A stretch of DNA of 64,000 nt, from the sequence record PQ850613.1. One strand, written 5' to 3'. Positions within the stretch are counted from its first letter, which is position 1. Each line of letters opens with the position of its first letter. The stretch is from Escherichia phage KarlSchell_Bas89. A program made the translations under genes and the position numbers. Of this stretch, positions 56,866 to 64,000 are shown one piece after another. The notes below the pieces were generated by a model. It searched no databases. It saw only the letters and a list, made by a program, of their open reading frames with translations, and was not told the DNA's origin.

Positions 56866-57086
56866 GATGCTTGATACCTTTGAATGTGTTCAATACGAGT
56901 GGATTGAGCAAAAGACGCTTTAACAGCCATTTCTTTAACTTCTTCTTTCCGCTGATTAACGTGTACAGTATCCCAATGTTTATGGTCACGACGTCGCTGT
57001 AATATCTTACTACACTTGCGATGGTTTCCAGTGCTGCGATGTTTCTCACAAATAGGACACTTGCCAAAATTATTACTAAATATCAT
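56862..57086 (-). CDS. small Cys/His-rich protein
   Basis: GKCPICEKHRSTGNHRKC. Confidence 0.35.
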   Translation of the reverse strand: MIFSNNFGKCPICEKHRSTGNHRKCSKILQRRRDHKHWDTVHVNQRKEEVKEMAVKASFAQSTRIEHIQRYQAS

Positions 57087-57310
57087 TTTCTAAATCCTAG
57101 CTTACGCAATACACGGCCTAGCGTTGTTTCTTGTGTGATAATATAGCTGATCGCCTCACGTTCCAACGTGTCAATCTTCATTGGCGACGGATACCATTCA
57201 CCAGTAAGCACACATTTACACTCGACACCATATTTTTTAGATAGGCGGTAATGTTGACCGTTGCGAAGGTTTCTATAAACCGTGGTATGTGTAGTTAACA
57301 TAATCGTCAC
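57083..57310 (-). CDS. hypothetical small protein
   Basis: ORF only. Confidence 0.3.
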   Translation of the reverse strand: MTIMLTTHTTVYRNLRNGQHYRLSKKYGVECKCVLTGEWYPSPMKIDTLEREAISYIITQETTLGRVLRKLGFRK

Positions 57311-57354
57311 CTTTGATTAGATTCTTTGATTAGCACACTGAATCAATGCACTGA

Positions 57355-57392
57355 TAAAAGAAAAGGCGCTGCCCGTTAAGATAGCGCCTTAT
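57355..57392 (-). terminator. rho-independent terminator (minus strand; hairpin flanked by A and T runs)
   Basis: AAGGCGCT...AGCGCCTT 8-bp stem. Confidence 0.55.
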
Positions 57393-57410
57393 GTTGTTTA
57401 TATTGTGGTG

Positions 57411-58322
57411 TTATGCTGCATTTTGACGTGCTGCCATAATCTCAGCCGCTTTCCGCAAGATCTCTTCTTGCTCAGCCGCCGCCGCTTGTTCTGTACGGAT
57501 TGCAACCGTTGAAGAGATACGACCGCGCAGATTATCTAACTTCTCCTGCATTTTTGCGATGGTTGATTCCATTTCATCGGCATAAGAATCCAGTGATTCC
57601 AATTCCTTGCTTGATGCGTTCATCAAGTAGTCATCAGAGATCGCTACGGTTGAAGCCGTTACTTTCTTAATCAGGGAGTCAAAGGACTTCTTAACCTTGC
57701 CCACTTCTTCACTAAGGGCAATAGTGTTATCACTGGTAGCGCCGTTACGCTCATCCGCCAACAGTTTAGCTTCAATACGGATTGCATTCAAGCGTTCAAC
57801 CAGAGCGTAAATATCTTGATTAAAATCTTCCTTTACTTTCGCCGGAATTTGCAGGTGTGCCGCTACGTTATCGTTGCAACCTTTGAAGAAGTTAGGATTA
57901 TCTACTTCGATTTCATCACCTTTGGCGAATTTTTCGAAAGAGTTAGACCAACGAGCGCGGTTTTGTTCCATTTTCGCCTTAATTTGCGCTTCTTTCGCAT
58001 CTTCTTTCGCTTTCGCTTCACCTTCTAAAGTAATCCACTTCTTACGACCATTTGCCGCCTCAGTGTTATATTTGATAGGAGTTAAGAAAGTGATCGCGGT
58101 AGCAATTACATCAAAATCGCGAAAACGTTCAGTTAACAGGAAATCAACCGCCGTCTGCAATACGTCCAACTTCTTACCGTTGCTACGGAAGTGCTGCAAA
58201 TGACCTAACAAGAAGTTAGAAACATCTTGCTTAATTGCCGCGTTGTTGCTACGGATATTGTTAGCCAGTGCATTAAAACCAGATTCGTTAACCAGATTAA
58301 AAACTTTAGCCATGATATTCAC
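57411..58322 (-). CDS. hypothetical early protein (helical)
   Basis: 303-aa ORF directly downstream (minus sense) of the large non-coding region. Confidence 0.45.
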   Translation of the reverse strand: MNIMAKVFNLVNESGFNALANNIRSNNAAIKQDVSNFLLGHLQHFRSNGKKLDVLQTAVDFLLTERFRDFDVIATAITFLTPIKYNTEAANGRKKWITLEGEAKAKEDAKEAQIKAKMEQNRARWSNSFEKFAKGDEIEVDNPNFFKGCNDNVAAHLQIPAKVKEDFNQDIYALVERLNAIRIEAKLLADERNGATSDNTIALSEEVGKVKKSFDSLIKKVTASTVAISDDYLMNASSKELESLDSYADEMESTIAKMQEKLDNLRGRISSTVAIRTEQAAAAEQEEILRKAAEIMAARQNAA

Positions 58323-59134
58323 CTTTCAATTGTAAGGGCGCTATTGCCCCGCTCTCTATGAGCTTGTTTAAGCCACTATTGACTTATCGATAACCACTCA
58401 TTTTTAAGTAGTTATTGATAAGTAAGGGAGTCTTATCAGGAATTAACCTTGCTCCCTTATTATCTGCGATGTTTCATCCGGTATCTTTAATTAGTCGCTA
58501 TAAACTAAGCCGACCTGATAGCGATGATCAATCATCACAATAAGGCAGTGTGCCCGACTCTAATTAGTTACTTTATTGTAACCGTCGGTAATATCGTTTA
58601 CTCTGTTTTCGCTCCCGCCTATCCTTTTGTACCAACTCTCAATCGCTAACCATCGCCCACTACGGGAGGTTATTGCGAAAAAGTCATTAGCCGTCTGATA
58701 CATTGACGTTTGATTATCTTTCAGCAGGTTTACTACATAAACTGATTATGTACGCCATCAATAGTGGCCTCAAATCATTCACTTCGTAAACGTTCACACT
58801 AAACCTTATTGTTAAATAGCAATTTGCTACTCTTTAACCACTCCCCGCCGCTCGCAATTGAGCGTTAATTCTTCGGATTTGCCTACCCTGATTAACTTCT
58901 TTCACCGTAGCGCCTTGTTAGCGATGACCGCCGCTACCCTTAACCGTGGGCGATTAGCTTAAGTCTTTGCGTGCACTCGATGAATCTGCTTATCAGTGGT
59001 GACGTTTCCAGTAAGGGATTGTAAGATTGTTTACTCTGATAACTTAGAGAATCTTACACCGTTTTATCTGGTATGCTATCCGATGGTTATTATCATCTAG
59101 CATATTCAACCGATATAGAAGAATGTTTAAATTG

Positions 59135-59613
59135 TTAAAGAGCGGTAAATCTATCAGTGTGCTTTCTCACACTATGCAACTGTTAGCCGTTGTTACGCTG
59201 TTCACTTCGCGGTGATTTGCTTAGTGAGTGCTCATTATGAATCATGTTGTTTTAGCTGTCAACCACTTTTTTAATCTTTTTTCGTCGTTCCCGCTGTTGG
59301 GAGGATATATCAATCAGCTTTATTTGATTGAAGATTAAGCGGTAAGGCTTAACTTATGATTCATATTTTTAAAGAGCGGTGAAGCATTTACAGCTTAACA
59401 CATCGTGTTAGCTTGTCAACTCTTTTTATCATCTTCTTTTAATTCTTTTCCCTTATCTCGCGTGAATCTTTGCGAAAGGGCAAGATGATAAATTTTTAAA
59501 GAGCGGGATGTTTCAAGTCATCGCTGACTGTGCTCATTATGTATCAGGCTTTTTCCGGTGTCAATACTCTTTTTCAAGTATTTTCACTTTCTAGCCTGAT
59601 TTTTAAAGAGCGG
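59135..59613. repeat. array of four TTTTTAAAGAGCGG repeats plus three TGTCAAnnACTnTTTTT motifs within a 1.6 kb non-coding region
   Basis: Copies at about 59135, 59366, 59493, 59600; no ORF of 60 aa or more apart from one weak 68-aa ORF. Confidence 0.55.
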
Positions 59614-59948
59614 GGCAATTTCTTGCCTTGTATGTTTTACATCGTACCCGATGAAATGAAGTATACGCTAATCGGACGGGTATGCAATAGGGATAAGCAA
59701 ATTATTTTAAACTTTTTTGAAAGGTGGGAAGTGTAAGAGAGTGCGCGCGGGATAACATACGCAAAACAGGCTGTAAATCACTTTCTAACGTCCTGTAAGC
59801 CATCCTAACGAGCTAATCAGGGATAAGGCATACAATCACCCCAGAAACGAGAAAAGCCTCACTAGGAGGCTTATAGGAAGGATTTAGAGCATCAGATAGA
59901 TTATGACCATAGGCATGACTACGGCACAATACAGGAGAAAGATTAGCC

Positions 59949-60314
59949 CTATGGATTTACACATTGACCGTTACCGGATGCTACTTCATTCATAGACTCA
60001 TCGAACAAGGTTAGGGATGAGCGTAACAGGTGATCGATCATGATTTGCTTGCCAGTGGTTTCATTTACCAACTGGATAGTTTTATCGAATGATTGTACCC
60101 GATTGAAATCACTAACGTGTAAAATAATAACCTTCGGTGACTTTTTACCAGTGTCATAATTCTCAATCAAATAGGTGCACTGTAAACCGTCAACCGTAGC
60201 AGGGGAGAACGTTACAGCCTTAACATTACCCATAGACGAGAAGAATAGCGCCACCGTAGCAACGAACAAGCCACGCCAAAAATAATCACGAATCACTATT
60301 GCTATCCTCGCCAA
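59949..60314 (-). CDS. secreted/membrane protein (N-terminal hydrophobic segment)
   Basis: FWRGLFVATVALFFSSMGNVKA. Confidence 0.35.
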   Translation of the reverse strand: MARIAIVIRDYFWRGLFVATVALFFSSMGNVKAVTFSPATVDGLQCTYLIENYDTGKKSPKVIILHVSDFNRVQSFDKTIQLVNETTGKQIMIDHLLRSSLTLFDESMNEVASGNGQCVNP

Positions 60315-60568
60315 AAAAATGCTACGCTAATCTGTTCCACTTCTTCCAGCGATAGAAGAATCCCACGTTGGGCTAAATACTTCCCAACAGTTAGATAGTC
60401 CTGCACTAAACAGACAACAGGAAAGCGGATAGTTTGTATCTCACCCTTAGAAAGAAAGGATAAATATCCAACGTCACTTGACTCATCAAAGGATAGTGTA
60501 ACTCCACCGTAATTGTGCGTATCAATTAGCGCAATAGTTTCATTTCCCATAATATTTCCAATCCTCAT
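60302..60568 (-). CDS. hypothetical small protein
   Basis: ORF only. Confidence 0.3.
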   Translation of the reverse strand: MRIGNIMGNETIALIDTHNYGGVTLSFDESSDVGYLSFLSKGEIQTIRFPVVCLVQDYLTVGKYLAQRGILLSLEEVEQISVAFFWRG

Positions 60569-61116
60569 TATTGTTTAGCACTGATACAATCAGCCAGATT
60601 AATATGAATGGTGTACATCGCATTATCTTCGCTATTGTAAACCGTGGTAGCAAGTATTGATTCATTTATCGGGCCATAGCTGACCAGATTAGTGACAGCT
60701 TTCGCATGGCTGTAACGTTGTACAGTGCCATATGTAACTAGTTCGGGATCGTTATCAGTACGCTTTAATAACAGATCTTCATTGCCCTGATTATCTAGTG
60801 TTTTGGTACTAACGACCAGACCATCACGGGAAACATTACTAAGTTTAACTTTTAAAACGACCTGATTGGTGTCACTATCCGCACCATTACAGATTAGCCA
60901 TTGCTTCGGTGCAGTCTTAACGAATAGACTAGCGGCATCATTAGCAACAGGAGCAGGACTAGCAACAGCGTTGTCAGAGATAGCACCAACGGCAGCACTG
61001 ACACCGATAGCTGCAACCAGTGCATAACTTGCAAGGTTAATAGATTGCATAACTCTGATACGTGTATTCATAATCCTACCCTTATAAAATAGATTTAATT
61101 TGATTGTATGTTTCAC
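60568..61116 (-). CDS. secreted protein (signal peptide)
   Basis: MQSINLASYALVAAIGVSAAVGAIS. Confidence 0.4.
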   Translation of the reverse strand: MKHTIKLNLFYKGRIMNTRIRVMQSINLASYALVAAIGVSAAVGAISDNAVASPAPVANDAASLFVKTAPKQWLICNGADSDTNQVVLKVKLSNVSRDGLVVSTKTLDNQGNEDLLLKRTDNDPELVTYGTVQRYSHAKAVTNLVSYGPINESILATTVYNSEDNAMYTIHINLADCISAKQ

Positions 61117-61479
61117 AAAGTAGCACGTATATCTTATTCATACGTAGGGCCATTGCTCAGTTGACCGCTTCACTGACCTGATAGTGTTCTGGCTTGCGCC
61201 AGTCAATCACGGAGTCCTTACTTTTAAACATTCTCACTTACTTAAGCTGATTAGCCTTCGGTGAGCTTACTACGTTAAGAAGCTACTTTGCATCACTGCT
61301 TTACTTCCTAACTACAAACTACACTCGCAACTATATATTAAAGGAAAAGATTGTCAACCATTTATTTTCTGACTTTCTCATAACTTATTGGATTATAAAG
61401 GAATTTAATTTACTAAACTTTCTCATTCAGGGCATAGATTACTACTTCTATTGTTACACTATCACATAACGCCAGACAT

Positions 61480-62016
61480 ACGGGGAGAACAGGCCGCATA
61501 AACAGACATACGGGGCAACGGTACAACGCAACCAGCACGGGGGAAGGATAAACGGGTAACATATAATGTATGTTGTTACATGATGCTATGGTTAGCGGCT
61601 TGCGGAAGTAATATACCAATCAAATAATTCACTCATCAAACTATCACGCACTGCGTGCAACGCTGAAAAAGAAAGAGATTAAAAGAATAACATAAAGAAA
61701 CAATTAAAAGAATAATAATAACATCAATTATCAATACCAATCTAACTATTACATACATCATTAATCCACTCATAATTATCACTCATAGAATCATTTACAT
61801 TCAAACTATGGGGCGATGTGATGGTTACTATCCTATACTATTCTACCTGCAATAATGTGCCCTTTACTAGTTCCTATACAGTGCTAGCCTCTCATACCCT
61901 CCCAATTAATGAATGAAATAAACGGGGCAAAAGTAATGCCTACTATATTACACGGGGTAACAACCTCAAGGGATAGGACACGGGGAAGACTGGAACGTTC
62001 AGGCATGTTCACGGGG
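61480..62016. repeat. eight (C)ACGGGG repeats in two clusters flanking an AT-rich spacer (iteron-like)
   Basis: Copies at 61480, 61510, 61537, 61552 (degenerate), 61922, 61952, 61980, 62011, spaced about 27-31 bp within clusters; AT-rich 61620-61900 between. Confidence 0.55.
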
Positions 62017-62150
62017 AAAGGAGGAAGCGAGGGAATAGCCATAATTTAAATGAGGACTCCCCCTTTTTAGGAAACGCGCTCGGAGGGGCTAGGTCCACTC
62101 GGTCAAATCAGAATTTTAAACTGTTATATATAAGGTTGAGAGAGGAATTA

Positions 62151-62312
62151 ATGAATCTAATTAAAGTGTTTAGACGGATGAAATGTAAACACAATTACTA
62201 CCTTCTTCGTAAAGCTTACGGGGATGAAAGAGTACACGGGCTATACCTATCAACATGGAAATGTAAGGATTGTGGTAAGCTACGGTTTAGTGAATGGATA
62301 GACAGACCGTAA
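62151..62312 (+). CDS. small zinc-ribbon protein (53 aa, below track cutoff)
   Basis: ATG with GAGAGAGG upstream; CKH...CKDCG cysteine pairs. Confidence 0.35.
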   Translation: MNLIKVFRRMKCKHNYYLLRKAYGDERVHGLYLSTWKCKDCGKLRFSEWIDRP

Positions 62313-62593
62313 TGGAATGGATATTCTGGTTAGTAATAATCTTCTGTTTGTTCATCTGCTTCTCTATAGCAAGATGTATCAAATATGACTAAGCCTTAAC
62401 ATGACATGGCCTTTATGTGAGGTCCCCTTTATATCAGAGGATATAGTAAATATGACAGAAGATGAATACGGTAGCTTCTCTGAAGAAGACTACGAAATAG
62501 AATACAGATATACTCACGGGGTGGCCTTAATATGAGTGAGTCATCAAAGATGACGACCCCTTTATGTCTTCCCTTTTTCAGAGGAGAATTAAT

Positions 62594-62851
62594 ATGGATT
62601 TTATCTTAGACTTTTTATCAGAGGTGATTCCTCGGTTTCGCACTGAAAGATGTGCATTCACATTTGAAGATATGGGTGACGGGGAGTTAATCCTCACTTG
62701 TATTGGTCGCTTAGTAGACCTAGATGATGACGAAGACTTCGATGCCACAATGGATGTAAGCTCCTTGAGTTGGCTTTACATGAGAGCTTTCCTGTCATTC
62801 AAAACAAACACATTTACTGATTATAGAAAAGAGGACACTGATAATGAATAA
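62594..62851 (+). CDS. hypothetical acidic protein
   Basis: Internal ATG with AGAGGAG upstream. Confidence 0.35.
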   Translation: MDFILDFLSEVIPRFRTERCAFTFEDMGDGELILTCIGRLVDLDDDEDFDATMDVSSLSWLYMRAFLSFKTNTFTDYRKEDTDNE

Positions 62852-63362
62852 CACAACAATCATCGCAGCACAGGCTATGGACTTAAACGATTATAACTCT
62901 GCCCTGTGTGGCTCAGGTACTACAACCAAGCTATTCAATGGAGAAGTGGTTACAATGAATGGCCTTTGCTCTCCGGATCTTTATAGTGGCTCTATCCTCA
63001 AGCCAGAACACAAGAACCCTTCTACATTGGAAGTTATTCAGTATGAATCTACCAAACACAAAAACTTGCCGGAACATGCACGACAGATGATCGAATGGAT
63101 TGAAGAAGCAGAATATGAAATGTTGTATAACTATATGAACTCAAAAGATGAGTGGACTCGATTGGTAAGCATTAACGAAGATGGCACAGAAAAGATTACG
63201 TGGATTCATAAAGACGAAGTGGTTAACGACGTGGTAGAAGATTACGAAAAATTTTTGGTCGGAGGGTTGGCTGAAGTTGAGAAGGGGTATGCAGTTCCTG
63301 TAGAATATGAAGGTGAACTTGTTGCTCTGAAGAAGATGTTTAACCTAAGCATCGATTGCTAA
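62844..63362 (+). CDS. hypothetical protein
   Basis: 172-aa ORF followed by a terminator. Confidence 0.45.
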   Translation: MNNTTIIAAQAMDLNDYNSALCGSGTTTKLFNGEVVTMNGLCSPDLYSGSILKPEHKNPSTLEVIQYESTKHKNLPEHARQMIEWIEEAEYEMLYNYMNSKDEWTRLVSINEDGTEKITWIHKDEVVNDVVEDYEKFLVGGLAEVEKGYAVPVEYEGELVALKKMFNLSIDC

Positions 63363-63371
63363 TTTTGGTAT

Positions 63372-63396
63372 GCCTCTCGTAGTGGGAGGCTTTTTG
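63372..63396 (+). terminator. rho-independent terminator
   Basis: GCCTCTC-GTAGT-GGGAGGC hairpin followed by TTTTTG. Confidence 0.6.
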
Positions 63397-63426
63397 TTAT
63401 AGTGGTAATGTAAGAAGGAGAGAAAC

Positions 63427-63897
63427 ATGTTTGGTGAAAAAGGAGAACTCACGCCTCTACAGGTAGCTGAGATTACAGGAAGATTACCCGGAGTAACGGA
63501 AGAACTTGAATCCAAGGGTATGAACCCAAGCAATGGAAAGTTTCAAAAAGGAAATAAGTTTGGTAGACCAAAAGGTAGTAGAGGTAAACTTACTCAGCTT
63601 ATGTTAGACCGAGTAGCTTCTAGTCATTTGTCTCCTGATGAAGTGTTAATTCAAATTTACGAAGACCCTAATATTCCGCCTGATCTTAGATTCAAGGCTG
63701 CATCAAAAGTCGCAGATCTAGTTTATCCTAAGGCAGCTTCTGTTGAAATTAAGATGGAGGATGAGAATGCAATTAATGAGGAAACGTTGAATGCACAAAT
63801 CAAGGACTTCTTGACCGGAGCTTTAGGTATTGATGTTATGCCTCCAGAAGACTCTGAGGACGCTGAAAAGGAGGAGGAAGCGGACGAGAGTAAATAA
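63427..63897 (+). CDS. hypothetical protein with GRPK motif and acidic C-terminus (possible small terminase/DNA-binding)
   Basis: KGNKFGRPKGSRGKLT; lies where a packaging module would be expected. Confidence 0.3.
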   Translation: MFGEKGELTPLQVAEITGRLPGVTEELESKGMNPSNGKFQKGNKFGRPKGSRGKLTQLMLDRVASSHLSPDEVLIQIYEDPNIPPDLRFKAASKVADLVYPKAASVEIKMEDENAINEETLNAQIKDFLTGALGIDVMPPEDSEDAEKEEEADESK

Positions 63898-63965
63898 AGG
63901 AAACGGGGAGCTGTCGAAGATTCTTTTACAGTGTACCTCAGTATAGAGGGGAGGGTTCTTTTCGC

Positions 63966-63986
63966 GAGGGATCTCTCCCTTTTTTA
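63966..63986 (+). terminator. rho-independent terminator
   Basis: AGGGA-TCTC-TCCCT hairpin followed by TTTTTTAATTTT. Confidence 0.55.
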
Positions 63987-64000
63987 ATTTTGGAGGAAGT

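Noticed and set aside
59530-59736. 68-aa plus-strand ORF inside the repeat region
   Set aside because: No RBS, overlaps the repeat motifs, composition looks like translated non-coding sequence.
58330-59940. CRISPR array
   Set aside because: Repeats are short, imperfect and irregularly spaced (110-240 bp), with no uniform repeat-spacer periodicity.
61413-61619. 68-aa minus-strand ORF overlapping the ACGGGG repeats
   Set aside because: Its sequence (repeated PV, CP) reflects translation of the repeats; no RBS.
1-64000. Temperate lifestyle or integrated prophage
   Set aside because: No integrase, excisionase, repressor/Cro pair or attachment-site-like direct repeats were recognised, and no host genes are present; the content is typical of a virulent phage.
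1-64000. T7-like single-subunit RNA polymerase and T7-type promoters
   Set aside because: No ORF of suitable size or motif and no TAATACGACTCACTATA-like promoters in this window; a sigma factor is present instead. An RNA polymerase outside the window cannot be excluded.

Overview
This 64 kb window reads as the genome of a virulent tailed phage of Gram-negative hosts; no integrase, repressor or RNA polymerase is visible. From memory only, the mix of T7-like replication proteins, a phage sigma factor, ThyX and a single tRNA-Arg resembles phiEco32-like podoviruses, but this is unverified. Layout: (1) 1-16.3 kb, plus strand: virion/tail module (tail-fibre C-terminus with self-cleaving chaperone domain, GH24 lysozyme, 1006-aa Ig-domain protein, SLT transglycosylase, Q/N-rich proteins, 1473-aa coiled-coil protein). 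(2) 16.3-49.7 kb, minus strand: replication and nucleotide metabolism (T7 gp4-like primase-helicase, a T7 gp5-like DNA polymerase encoded as a separate exonuclease gene and a polymerase gene about 8 kb apart, flap endonuclease, SSB, PhoH, ThyX, dCTP deaminase, thioredoxin-like, Dps-like, sigma factor), with at least 8 HNH homing endonucleases scattered through it. (3) 50-61 kb, minus strand: many small early-type genes including paralogous families, one tRNA-Arg(UCU), and two repeat-rich non-coding regions. (4) 62-64 kb, plus strand: small genes leading toward the packaging module. The most interesting feature is a cluster at 38.9-49.3 kb encoding an ATP-grasp enzyme, two glutamine-synthetase-like amidoligases, a class II glutamine amidotransferase fusion that appears to start at a non-AUG codon, a gamma-glutamyl-cyclotransferase-like protein and several unknowns. 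I read it as a peptide/amide-bond-forming modification system with unknown target. Second is the polymerase gene, which appears interrupted inside motif B by an HNH-carrying intron-like insertion. All calls are from reading the sequence and ORF translations; no searches were run.
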